A stretch of DNA of 63,964 nucleotides, the filler included, from Rhabdomonas costata (Eukaryota): assembly GCA_019059605.1 (NCBI GenBank). It is 28 parts of 28 records of this genome, joined end to end, with 100 filler letters (N's around TTAATTAATTAA, not from the genome) between each part and the next. Parts side by side here need not be neighbours in the genome. Positions count along the whole stretch, not along the records: positions 25,174 to 27,359 come from JAHMHO010004989.1; positions 27,460 to 29,646 come from JAHMHO010004990.1; positions 29,747 to 31,932 come from JAHMHO010004991.1; positions 32,033 to 34,219 come from JAHMHO010004992.1; positions 34,320 to 36,505 come from JAHMHO010004993.1; positions 36,606 to 38,791 come from JAHMHO010004994.1; 22 more parts are not named here. One strand, written 5' to 3'. Positions within the stretch are counted from its first letter, which is position 1. The number at the start of each line of letters is the position of its first letter. The notes under the pieces are model-generated. The model searched no databases. It was given only the letters and a program-made list of their open reading frames with translations, and was not told where the DNA came from. The position numbers were made by a program, and so were the translations under genes. Shown here in pieces: positions 25,174-37,691 of the stretch.

Positions 25174-27359
25174 TTCGATGGATGTTGACTGGCCCGGTGC
25201 AAAAAATCAAAAAATAGAAAGAAAAAGAAAAACTAGGAAACTATTGGAGATCTCTCTCATGAAACCTGGTGGAACCAGGAACAGGTGTGAACGTGCGATG
25301 GGGATTGAACTCAGGTTAACCGAGAAATCAGTAAGAAGAACTGATGAGGTCTCAGTCTCTCGAAAGAAGCGTTGATGATGCTGAAATGGTCAACACACCA
25401 GAGTCACGCTTGGACCGCCCTTTGGATCTCAATGGTGGTGGTCAACTTCGGGTCGCCCAGGGATCCTGGATCAGCCAGTGATCTCTATGACACGGAGACT
25501 GTAGGAGATGTAGGACATGTCGGTGGTGAGTCAAGGGAGGTAACATGATCGACAGGTCAGAGCGCAGGACGTCGCTCAGAACTGGTCAGTGTTGACCACG
25601 TCCTTGGTGACGTAGCCCATCGGTCGATGGATGGTCGGTCAGGGTGAGGTCGTCACCAATGTTGCCGATGTGGTCTTCGGGGTGTCTGCCGTCAGTCGTG
25701 GGAGGGTTCATGTCTTGGAGCTTGTGATGAACCTTCTTCAGGGAGACTTCGTTGTGTTGGGCGTGAGCAGGGTAGTTCGACTGTCGGTGTCCGAGTTCAT
25801 GTCGACGGAGGCCAAAACTAAAAAGGGTTCTTCTCGGCGTTCTTGTGGTCAGCTTGAAAAACTCAAAAAACAAAATCAGGAAGAGAACATGTGCAAGTGC
25901 ATTTTGCCAAGAGAATTAGAAAAGGAGAGGAGCCTGGTGGGCTTTGCGGGGCCTGGCGAGGTGGACGCGGTGTCGAAGGAGTCGAAGGTTGGGATTTGGC
26001 TGGACACGCGTCGGTGTCGTCCTCCGGAGCTTCGGAATTGACAGCTCAGTTGTAGGGGTCGTCTAGGGTGGCATTCCCGATGCCTTCGAATTTCCGCTGT
26101 CTCGGCGTTCCCGACGCCTTGGCATTCCAGGCGCATTGTCATTCACTGGTTTTTTGCATTCAATAAGGAATTCAGAGAGTTATGACAGAGTAACAGAGAC
26201 ACACTATACATAATGCTTCAAGTTTGGGTAATTTTTCGATATACCTTTGTGTAATTCGGCTCTTCGGAGTCCGACTTGTCCTTCATCATACAGTCCCTCT
26301 TCGCTTTTTCGATTCTTCGATTCAGTAAGCTATGACCGTGGCGGGGGCCAAACCACCTATCGGCAGCCATAGCCAGACTTCCTCGATTCCTCGAAGTCGG
26401 AGCTAGGTTCAGCGTTCGATTGCCGGGAGTGAACAATACGAGATACAGAGAGAAAAATGGAGACACGAATGTACAGAATTGGGTTTTGGGAATTAATACC
26501 GGCGATAGCCTCGGTCGCGGAAGTGGACCCGACTCGCGACGGGATTGGTATGAGCTCGGATTCGGCGCATCGGCGATGGAGATTCCTCTGTTTCCTCCTC
26601 GATCTCCATATTATCGGCAGCCGACTAGACCTCTTCCTGAGGATCTTCCAGTGCGTCAGCTACTTCTTCAACCAAAAGGTTATCTGATAGGACATCGTCT
26701 GCGGCGAGTCGTTGTTAATCTTGTATGTACTAGGAATGGTCTCCGGTGCTCCAGTGCGGGCGAAGGGGATTTGATGTTGGTTGGCACGTCAAACAGTCCA
26801 GAGATAGAGCTCCGATTTACAGAATCCACCACTTCCGGGATTGGACATTAGTCATCGAGTGTAGGCTGGGATACCATTGATCATTCAGTCTCCGATCCAA
26901 TGGAAGGAGATGCGGAAGTGGGTCCCAGCTCAGTTCAAAGTTTGGCAAGACACGCCAAAAACACCACGTAGTTTTAGGTCACGAGTACCAGCACCTTTGA
27001 TCTGCTGCAAGCAGGACCTTGACACGCGACTACACTGGATGTATCGGTGTATTGACTGGATGTATCAATGAATCTGCTTCGACCTGGAAAGTCTCACTCT
27101 CACTAATGATTCCCACCACTTTCGGATCCTTGAGAGCTTACCAACCGAATTTCCGACCTGATTTACCGCACCAGTTGGCAGATTATCGGACTTCCTGTCC
27201 ATCGCCTACACACAACTCTACGAGAACTTCAACCGATCAGCAATGATTCCAAAAAAAGCTTCAGATCCAAGTCCTACTTCGGTACCTCAACCCGACGACG
27301 ATGATTTTCGATAATCCGGAATCCACAACACTTCTGTCTCCTCAGGTACCCCCCACCAC
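25174..27359 (-). pseudogene. Intron-free, frameshifted coding-like DNA (decayed mobile or viral element?)
   Basis: Protein-like stretches on the minus strand jump between frames or are broken by single stops, e.g. DDVLSDNLLVEEVADALEDPQEEV*SAADNMEIEEETEES and HNEVSLKKVHHKLQDM...MGYVTKDVVNTD...DPKLTTTIEIQ. No recognisable family. Confidence 0.3.
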
Positions 27360-29746
27360 NNNNNNNNNNNNNNNNNNNNNNNNNNNNNNNNNNNNNNNNN
27401 NNNTTAATTAATTAANNNNNNNNNNNNNNNNNNNNNNNNNNNNNNNNNNNNNNNNNNNNGTGTTGTGGTGCCCCGTCTGGTGCTGTCGTGGCGGCTTGAG
27501 CCTGAAGTGGCTGGCCACCAACGTGATGGAACGAACAGCTTCCCGACGACCGAAAGTTCGGAAGAGGGCTCCGTGCAGGAGAAGCCGTCTCTACCCCGGA
27601 ATATCTCTGGGTCGAGTGAGCATTATTGAGTGTCCTTGCTTTTTGGATCCGGTTCCCCTCCGTTGCACGAGGTGACATGCCGAGTGTGCAGTTCGGTGAA
27701 ACGGATATTTACGTGTTGCAAGCCATTAGAAAAGCAACAACAGGGGATCCGTGGAACCTGCCCACCTGCCTCGCCAGGTTGTGTGTGTGTGTTCCCTGGT
27801 GCGCCTGCGCCACCAGGATTCCCAAGTCCCTTCAGGTCTCCACTCTCGCATGGGTTAGCATTGCTTTTTTTTTTTGCGTTTCTCGCGGGCTCTTCCTGGG
27901 TATAGGTCCGAATTCTGTTGCGTGGTAGATGTTGCACTCATTGTGCCTTTGCTTTGGGCTTTTTTGCCCCTCGAGCGACCCAATTTGTTGCCTCTCGCGC
28001 CGATCGATTTCTGCGCACCAGGTTCCAGATGCAGCTGGTGTTTGGGTTTGGGTAATGCGCGCTAGTTTCTACATTGGAAGCTGCGCCCCTCCGCACCACC
28101 ACTGCCTCCACCACCACCTCATTGTCACTTCTGGATTGACTTCCTGCTTACTCGTCACAGTCGGCACCCTCGTTATTGCTGGAGTATGCTACCTTTCAGT
28201 CTCTTCCCTTCGGCAAATTTTCTTTTGTGCAGCAGTGGGTTACGTTCAACCACTTTGCATTTGGATTCTTGATGAAGGTCTGATTCATCACCCCCTTCGG
28301 TGGTGGTACCTGTCGGTGGAGGCTCTCTGTGTCAGTGCGGATCTGTGGTGTGGCTTCTGGTTTGCTAATTCCCGTCTCTTACCTCTGTGTCCCCCTTGTG
28401 TCTCCTTTTCGGAGAGCAAAGGAAACAGAGAACAGAAAGTGGCAGAGCGATTGGTGTTAGCGCGGTGTATTCGAGTGCCCTTCTGTGTTCCTGTGTAAAT
28501 TCAACATTGCCTAAAAGGCTCGGAAATGACTGCCAAGTGTGTACTTGTCACTTCGGACCCACTGGTGCGCCTGCGCCACCAGTTCACATCTTGGTTTTCG
28601 GACCACGGTTTCTTCCCGCTCTTAGTCCGGGGGCTCTCACGGTGCTTCGCTTGTGGTTTTGTATGCAGCATCGGCCTGGTGCGTTTTTGGGGTGTTTTCG
28701 CTCCCCTTTTTACTGTGGTGGTTGCTCTACTGTCCTACTCAAGCACCCCCCCCCTGTCTCTTCAGGGTTGCGTCATGTTGGCTTTCTCTTCCCGTTAGTT
28801 GGAGCGATGAAAACTGAAGCGTTTTATTGATGACTCTTCAACCAAAACGACCCACAACCACCACAGCCACCACTTGCGAACCGTGCTCTCTCTTTTGTAG
28901 CAGTGGGCAGGTTTTCATGTTCTACTTGTCCTCCTTCTCCCCGCCTCTCAAGGCAGCTGGTGAGCGCTTTTTTGTTTGTTGCGTCCGTGTTCGTAGTCCC
29001 CGAACATTATCCAACCACGTGGGGACGATGAAGGTTGGGAGACTTGTCACCACGCCCCGTGGCTTTCAAGTGGTGTTCTGCGCCCTTGGAGGGGACTTTC
29101 ACACGGGGTTCTGGGTTAAGGGACACAAGTGCTGTGTGTGGACTTTGTTGTGGATGCTTCCGGAATCTGAGACACAGGACCCTAGAATGCCCAAACAAAG
29201 CCATCGCTTGATGGAAGCCTTTCTTCATCCGAACGCAAAACTGGACAGAAACACTGGCAAGAATTGTATAAGATACCCTCCCGAGTTCTTCCAGGCCCTT
29301 CCTCTTTCTCTCTATCTCACGCTCTTTTTCTAACTAATGATAATGTAAAAAGACAATAGGAATGCCAGGCACTATTGGAACGCTTATGGGAGTGTGCAGT
29401 GCTGGTTCGAAGGAAAGCGAAACAGATGCCGTTGATCATTCAGATTTGCAGATTTGCGGGGTATTTTCTGTTTTCAGTTCAGTACGTTTTGATGTCAACC
29501 ATGTGTGTGCGCGCGGGCAACCAGCCGTGTGCCTACCCTCACAAAGAGCGCCAAGGTTGGTATATTCACAAACAAATGGATACAGCTCCAAGGAGGCAAG
29601 TGAGGCGCCCGCTGAGAACGTCATATTTGCATCTGCACAACCAAAANNNNNNNNNNNNNNNNNNNNNNNNNNNNNNNNNNNNNNNNNNNNTTAATTAATT
29701 AANNNNNNNNNNNNNNNNNNNNNNNNNNNNNNNNNNNNNNNNNNNN

Positions 29747-29967
29747 GGGGCGCTGAGGCGGCCCCCTGCGAGCCGCCTGGCCAGCCGCCACGGCAACCGC
29801 ACCACCACCACCACCACCACTCGCACCGGTAAGACGGTGCAGTAGTACAGGAAGCTGTCCAGACACAGCAGGAACCCAAAGCACAGCAGCTGCTCCACCC
29901 CCAGCGGCACCAGCAGAAACGCGAAGCTCTCGCGCAGCCTCGCCAGGTTAGGTGGCGCCACGGCAGG
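29747..29967 (-). CDS. TAPT1: TAPT1/Emp65/POD1 ER membrane protein, N-terminal exon (partial)
   Basis: After a pyrimidine tract and CAG: RLRESFAFLLVPLGVEQLLCFGFLLCLDSFLYYCTVLPVRV. This matches the conserved TAPT1 block (P.ELEKLM.FG.FLCLDAFLY.FT.LPLRV). Confidence 0.88.
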
Positions 29968-32032
29968 CTGTGGGAGAGAGAGCAGTGAGCATGGGAAAGG
30001 GCAGAAGAGAGGAGGATGTCAGCTGGATTGACAAAAACGACGTTTACTATCCAAGCTAGGTCGGAAAATTTGCAGCTTTGGAACTATGGCTGAAAACACT
30101 CTGCCCGAGGCCGTCAGGGACGGAATGGTTTACGACGATCCCGAAAAGCCTCAACCAAATCACGATGACTTGTGGAATAACGCTCTCCCGTTCATTTCCC
30201 GCTTCCAGTCCTAATTCCCCCCCTGTCACCTTAGAAGACACACTATTCCGAAATTTGTCCTCAACAGTGTTCGCTTTCATGGGCCCAATGCCACTTCAAT
30301 GGACACATCACCGGTAGGCAACTGCGACGTACACCATATCAGAACACCATAATTGTTCACCCATTTGTGAACAATTGTCAGGTGTCCAGTGAGGCTAAGC
30401 CCAAGCCATAAAAACGGTAAAGGCGTAATGTGTGTGTGAAACTCATGAGCTCGTGTCCAGAAAATGAGATGCGTCTAAACGCGTGTGGGAGCACCGCGGA
30501 TGCGTTCAAATGCGCGCGCCGACATACCCCCGGGCCAAACCCAAACTCATGGGCCACAAACTGGAGCAAGCCATGCATCACCAGAAAATAGTACAATAGA
30601 AAACAGTTGAGAAAGAAACGGAAACACCAGCACTGCGCGATACCAGAGCACAGGCTGAGCGAAAAGCCTGGTTGCCTCCAACAAATGCTCAGAGTCCATC
30701 CAAATATTCAAAATATCCAACACAGGGCACAACCACAACGGCAGGTAAAAGTGTCTCCAAGGTTTCCGGATGGACTCAAATGCTTTGGTTGAGTAAGTCT
30801 CTGCCATTTGTGGTGCAAATTATCTCTCAACGACGGGCCCCACTTCTGACAGAGCCCCCTAAATGGACCCTTCCAGATCCCTCCACAACCTGGCGCCACC
30901 GCCCTACCACCCTCACCAGCTACCTGCTGACTTTCAACCGATCCTCATTTGGCACAGACTGGAACTATTCTGCCCTGTACAACCAACGGTGACAGAATCT
31001 TTAAAACCATGAAAGGCTAACTAGTCCTATTTGGGCCCCATAAAGACTGACGCCTGAATTCCTTTACAAGCGACAGCACATGTTTACAGCTTCAGCCTCG
31101 GATTCTAGATTCCAATAGAAGACTTGTAGGGGCACAGGAGGCGATGCACGCGCTGTGAGTGGGTGAGGAGGAAACAAAGTATTTAACGCTGTGAAGTGGT
31201 TTGGCGTTATTATGCAAGCAAGAAGAAACGAAGACATTGCCCTGAATGCGCCTTTACGGGGTATTTTTTCAGGGAGGGATTACTTAGGCTGTTTGGATCC
31301 AGTTGTATTATTTTTGTGAATGAGGGGACAGGTTTATCAAAAGAGGCGGAGGCCAGCCACCACTGCGTGGGCAGCTGAGTTTGGGGTGGGGGTGCTGCCC
31401 AGGGAGACCAGTGATGATGTATTATAACTATATGGAAAACTTGAAAATCTGACAACAAAACGTCCTCCTACAGGGCGTCAGAAGTGCGTCATTGCGAACC
31501 TGCTGCAAAACGTGAATGCCCTAAGGTGCAAAAGATATGCGACAATGAGCCTTAGCGGGGAAGCCCACTCCACACTGACACAGAAGTCCTCTTACCACGA
31601 TTTACGGCAAATACTGATGAGGTACAAAATTGTTCCCTTCGTCGCAAAGCAATGAAGAGCAACAGTCCCACGTGCCATCCCGCATACAGGGGAACACACA
31701 AAACACTAATTGTACAGTTAAGCAAAATGGAATGTGAGCACTGGTGAGGCGCGAACTGGGGTCGACACGGCGACCTCTCCATCCGAGCTATCTCCGCTGA
31801 CGGATCTCTTCCAAGTAAGTTTGCAGCCTTTCCACCTGGGCAGCGAAGCACGCAGACCCCTAAGCTGATGACCAACATCTTCAAAGCCATGAAAAAGGAA
31901 CCGCGAACATCAACCCAACAACAAGCAACTACNNNNNNNNNNNNNNNNNNNNNNNNNNNNNNNNNNNNNNNNNNNNTTAATTAATTAANNNNNNNNNNNN
32001 NNNNNNNNNNNNNNNNNNNNNNNNNNNNNNNN

Positions 32033-33278
32033 GCAACTCGTCTTTGGGCGACCTGGTGACAAGGCCGGGCCTTCTGGCGAGGGCGCTTAGGGTTCTCTAC
32101 GAGGAAGGGCGAGCGCCCGAGACGATTCGGGTTGCGGCCTGTGTCGCCTCCACCTTAACCTCTCTGCATAAGGTACTAATGTGTGGGTGTGGAGTTGCGG
32201 GGGTGGAGGGTGCATGCGCCATTGGGCGGAAGTCTTAGCATGCAGTCGCGGGGACGGATATACGGTTCAAGGAACTGGGACTAGGGCTCAGAAGCGAGCG
32301 GTTATAGGCAGGGCTTCCGTGGGCATGTACCATCCTTATCTAGCCCTTTGAATGTATGGAAGTGTCAAATCAAATCTCAATCAATGTCTGCAATCAATTA
32401 TCTGGCTGTGTGCCTCATTATTCTAGAGAGTTTCCAGGTGTTTCACCAAGGTCGTTTTTGGAAGAGAAAAGAGAGCCATCTCTGCAGTTGGTAAATTTGG
32501 GGGGCAGATAACAGGAAAGTACCTGGAAAAGATATGCAGCAGCTTCCATTGCACAAAGAAATGGCTCCTTCCAGGTCATCGCCCCTGCAATACGCTTGGA
32601 GATGCAGTGGCGATGCAGGTTCAGGTGCGGCTGTTTACCGGGGCCTGCACGACTGCGTTTATCAGCAGTGTATGGCCACATTCTCATGCGCTACGTTGGT
32701 CTTGTGGCTTGCGGTTACACAGTCAGCATCCTTTTTTACCACGGTGATTACCGCGCTCCCTTTTCAGCCCACACATCACCCTCTCCTTCACACTCCCATT
32801 CGGTCGTCAAACCCACCCCACCCGTCTCATCACGCAGCCGCCTCTTGCGGAGGCTCACCGCCGCACCATTTTGAAGGCCGGGGAGGCCCTTGGGCCCGCT
32901 TCGGGGCCTTTGGAGGCTGCGCGGCCACAGGGGCTCCCGAAGGTTCAAAGTCCTCCTACCAGCTATTTTCTTCCCCCCACACCATCCAAACAAGTGCTTT
33001 CTTAAACGCGCTGACGCCGTTGCATGTGGAAATCGCTGTCTTTTGTACAGCAGCTTGGCGTCATTATCAACCATCCTTTCGGAAGGAATACCCTGAATTG
33101 CCTGTCCTTCCTTTCGTCTTGTCATCCCTCTTTTTGAACCGTTTGAAAGGATGGGCCGAGCGTTGCGGCAATGACGGAGTCCCTTTACGGGGTTCTCTTG
33201 GCCTGCCTGACGTCATCCGTAACCGCGAAGGCGTTCGCCCACGTGTTGCGCCAGCGTGGGGAGGCCGACTTCGCCGGG
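32033..33278 (+). CDS. Hypothetical helical (ARM/HEAT-like?) protein fragment
   Basis: Exons 32033-32172 (LVTRPGLLARALRVLYEEG...LTSLHK|GT) and 33150-33278 (DGPSVAAMTESLYGVLLACLTS...) are phase-compatible and show amphipathic helical patterning. Confidence 0.3.
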
Positions 33279-35546
33279 GTATGCTCCGAAACAGCAGTTT
33301 ATTGTCAGCTTTGCGGTTGTTTTTATAATGGCGCATGCTGTTCGATGTGCAAGCGTGTGGCTACTGTTTGGTGTTCTGTGTGTGGGATCCAACAATGAGG
33401 GCACTATGCGCTGATATTGGGTCAAGTGTGCTCTGAGGATGTTCCAGAATACAGGGTTAGCTCTTTTTTGTCGACTCCAAAAAAAGCACTGCAATACCTT
33501 TTCCTGTGGTGCAGGGTGGTAAGGTTATACACAGTTTGGTGGTTTGTCGGCTTCTTGCTTCTGTTATTTGTTTGTTTGTGCGTGTGAATTACACAGCTAG
33601 GGCCTCTGTTGGTTGCACTGGCCCCGAGACTCCGCCACGCCGTGCGCAACGCTGCCGAGACCACCACTCTGCCCAGTGGGGCGGACGTGGATGGCATACT
33701 TTCCCGCCGGCAAGACCCTGCGAGGTGTCAAGAAATCATTCCTCATGGACGGAACGCATATGCACCCTAGCAAGGCAAGCGTCAGGAAATGACTGGTCGC
33801 TCGAACCGGAGCAGCAAAAAGCCCATCATTCCGTGTCGAAATTTAAAAAGCAAAATCTTTTCATGTTACAGGGTTTAGTCCGCTATGTCGTGTGTTGTAA
33901 TCGTTCTCAGTGGCGTTTTGAGGGGAAGACTTTATCCGTTAAGCGCTCTCACGTATATATCATCGGCATACCTTCAGCACTGTACCTTTTTTTAGGGGAC
34001 ACGTGCATCGCCTCCTAACCCCCTGAGAGATCACTAAAGTATACGATCAGCTTAGAGCCCTGCAGGGGACCATCCATAACAGCCGCCACTTCTGGCGCTT
34101 CTGGCACTTCTGGCCAGTACACACCAGGCCAAGCTTGCCCCAGTGCACACTGGCATTCTCAGAGCCACATTTGGAGCACTTGGAAGGCGGCTCTCGGAGA
34201 ACTCCATAACCCCCACCCCNNNNNNNNNNNNNNNNNNNNNNNNNNNNNNNNNNNNNNNNNNNNTTAATTAATTAANNNNNNNNNNNNNNNNNNNNNNNNN
34301 NNNNNNNNNNNNNNNNNNNTGTGGTTTTTTCTCTCCATGTACGTGGGTCCTGGGTAGTCTCTGTTGCCCCCAGCCGCAGTTCCCTTCCCATATCTCCCTT
34401 GAAAATCAGATGTTCTTCCACTGTATCTTTCCTCCTCAATCTACCTCAGGATTCGGCTAATCAGTGGGCCCCATCGTTTTTCCAACCCACCTTACCTTGA
34501 ACCAAGTAATTGGCAGAGACCACACCGTCCGAAAAATGGCAGCTCAAACTGAATTCGGAAAGGCTCCTCCTCAATCTCCCCTAATAGGAACGTGGACACA
34601 TTCCTGCTTTGCGGTACGCGTCCCCATAAAGCTCTCAACACCATTCTTCAAGGTTTCAATGAGACCCGGAGAGCGCTGCGAAAAAAAAAAAGACAGAAAA
34701 CGCCTAGAAGTGAAGAAATCGATTGTTATAGCTCCATTCATTGGAGAAAAGCGCAAGGGCATTCACACTTCTGGGTCAGGTTGGGGGTAAGAACGTCGAA
34801 AATCGTGAATCCCGCGGAATAGTGCTTTTAAGGTTTTTACGGGGGTACAGGTAACCCCCTTAAACTATAATAAAGTCGTGTCGAAAGTGCTGGCATGGTT
34901 CACCTGACTCTCTGCAATTTAGCAAAAGGTTTGAGTAAGTTTTCTGTTACCACTGTTAATCGTTACCCCATCTCCCACTCTTAATTGGGACCGTGAAAAT
35001 TCGTTCCTGTTTCTGCAAACACCAACATTCGTTCTGTTCGGGATTGCAGAGACAATCCAACCCTTCCGGTTTTTTGGCGAACGGGTTCAGAGTTAGGTTT
35101 CGGTATATAAGTGAATTGTCTTGGTTCCAGGGATTGCAGACTGGTACCACAGATTTATGTTAGAGATTGAACGCCAGCCAAACCCGCGACGCGCCCGTGG
35201 CGATGGGGACAAGGGAGGGATTTCAACAACCTTGACCAATCCACAAAAGAGGAATGGTCATTTTCCAGGGGATCGGAAAAGTAAGAGTGGGAGCGCACCC
35301 AACAGACAAAACCCAAGGTATTCAACAAACAACAATGCAAAAAAAGCCGAAGGAAGGAAGAGCTGCCTTTGTTGAAGCTTGTTTGTGCCTTCCCTGTCAC
35401 AGTTTGCATCCCAAGGAACAGGATAGACCCATAAACGGCGAATGGCAACAGCTGCATGAGCGCGTTGTTCACCAGTGATCATTCCAAGTAAAGCGTATGC
35501 AGAGAGAAGCCCCAAAAACCCCCAGAACGAAATTCTAAGAACTTAC

Positions 35547-36071
35547 CTCAGCATCAATCGTGGGGCACTCCTTGAGGTGCTTAAAGGGCGCCAGGATATC
35601 GAATCTTTGCTGTTCCCCCCAGAAGGAGGCCCATGCATGTCAGTGCGGAGGCACACCCCAAGCGAGGCGCCCGCAAACAAAGTGCGAGCGATCTAGGGTG
35701 GGCAAAAAGAAATGACTCCATTCACAGAGAAATCTACAGAGAAAACACGTGCTCCACACCTTGCACGAGGAACAGAAGATGTGGTGAGGAAGCCAGTCGT
35801 ACTTCATCGGCGCGCAGCCCGAGATGGACCAGCTTTGCGAATAACCCTTCAGCTGAAGCGCACCCCGGCGAGCGCATTCCTGAAAATCAACACACAAGGC
35901 GGGTAAAGGTCGAAACAGGCGTCCCACCCTTCCCTTCTCTCCCCCAACCACCCGCTGCTACACACCAGGTAGCACAGGAAGAGCGCGCAGCTGCAGTGCC
36001 AGCACGCGTAGAGCAGGAAGTAGTGGTGCTCCCCAAAGTCGAGCTGGGTCAGATCCAAGAATAGGTTCTGT
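35547..36071 (-). CDS. Hypothetical protein with a C2HC-type zinc finger (internal exons)
   Basis: In-frame GT-AG exons 35966-36071, 35760-35879 and 35547-35609 give ...HIFCSSCK|QRFDILAPFKHLKECPTIDAE (C-x2-C...H-x3-C). Confidence 0.55.
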
Positions 36072-36959
36072 CTGCAAGGGGCGCGAGAGCAGAGGCAAAG
36101 ACTCTTGGTGTGAGAATTACCTGGGGCAGAGCCTTCTCTCCACAGTTTTGTTGTGGTTCATTGCATTCATGCGCTTGCATCGCACAGCGGTCAGCGTACG
36201 TACACACCATCCAGTCTCGTCGTTCCGGTTCCTGCCGAGTAACCCGAGGCGATCACAGCTCGAATGTCATGTTCAGAAACAATAAACTTCACGTGCAAGT
36301 TTGACCTATTGAGCTTCCAAAAAGCACCCTCCTCCCCCACTCCCAAACTCCATCCCACATGTGCAACCACTCGAAAGGCAGGGCATACCCACACACAACT
36401 CCGAAAGTTGCCCCGCAGCGGCACTGCACCTTCGCCATTGGAAGGGAAGGACAGCAAACTTCACTTTCTGGCCCAAAAAACAAGCGAAAGGAAGGAATCG
36501 CCGAANNNNNNNNNNNNNNNNNNNNNNNNNNNNNNNNNNNNNNNNNNNNTTAATTAATTAANNNNNNNNNNNNNNNNNNNNNNNNNNNNNNNNNNNNNNN
36601 NNNNNTGTTTGTGTGCTTTTAGATGTGTGTTGTTTCCACTCCCACCAATGTTGCGCAGTCCCCGACCCCATTGCAGCCATTCTTGCACGGGCTTCTCTTT
36701 TCCTACCGGTTAGCTTGCAACACCTCACACTGCAACACGGGTGCCCTTCGACGCAAGGTCTCCTGTTTCTTGGCCTTCACCTTGTATTTGATGGCTTCTG
36801 GGGTGAGGCAATGTCATTTGCGGCTTAACCTGTTTGCCACATCCTTTTTAGTTTCATCTTGCGACATTTTTCCAGACTGGCCAGCATTTAGCTTTCTGTG
36901 ACCTGTGAGCAGGCCTCACGGTCTGCTCATCTGGGCGGCTGCAATGGTTTCCTTCTTAG

Positions 36960-37691
36960 GTGCGCTATGTGCACAACAAGTACGCCATGGATGTCATCAC
37001 CTACGTGAACCCTTGCACTAAGGTGGACGTCCTGCGGGTGTGGCGCTCTCTCTAACACTTTTCAGCTTCCCTCTTCCCTTCCTTGCACCTCCATGGTTGT
37101 GGACGCGAGGAGGGAGACAAATTTTCAGTTTTCTTTGATTGCTGTTTGAGCTGACGGGAGTATTGAGCGTGGGAAAGGGGAAACAGTTGTCTCTTGCCAA
37201 TGTCATGCCATAGCAAGTCTAAATCTCGCTTTCACTATTGATTTTCATTTTTCTAATGTGACTACAAATTTCCGTGTCCAACTGCAAACGCACAGTACAG
37301 CATCACAACCGCAAAGGGAGAGAGAAAGGTAGTTAAGAGAATGTGTGTGTTGGGGTGGGGGGACGCGTTTTTTGTTCAATCTACTCTTCCTCCTGGAATC
37401 GCTGTGGTGCACACTAGCGGTCCTTTACTTCCTGACTGTCCCCCGCCCTGCCCTGCTCCGAGCTGCGCTTACTCTCCGTCCCCTACGCCTGTCCTCAGAT
37501 TGTCCGAGTGGTGAGAGCGGGGGGTCTTTCTTTTCCCAGCGTTTCCTTCTTCCGCTGCTTTTTGTGGTGAACTGCCTTCCTTCTGTGTTCACAGTGTGCG
37601 ATTCGGTCTTTGAACGCGGCCTACCACAGCTTCGTGGCGGAGAGGAGGCCGCAGGGGAGGCTGCTGGTTTCCCTGGTTGGGCACTCCCTAG
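36960..37691 (+). CDS. DDHD-type (PA-preferring) phospholipase A1, lipase-motif exons (partial)
   Basis: Exon 36960-37022 VRYVHNKYAMDVITYVNPCTK and exon 37595-~37691 CAIRSLNAAYHSFVAERRPQGRLLVSLVGHSLG align with DDHD/PA-PLA1 'LR...N....DV..Y.SP....LN..Y..F..R.P.F.G.VS..GHSLG'. Confidence 0.8.

Noticed and set aside
25250-25801. TGA-to-Trp recoding suggested by a minus-strand frame interrupted only by TGA
   Set aside because: The most protein-like segments switch between frames, TAG also interrupts coding-like text in the same contig, and TGA is the true stop of TRM10, SF3B3, VIT1 and the RING gene.
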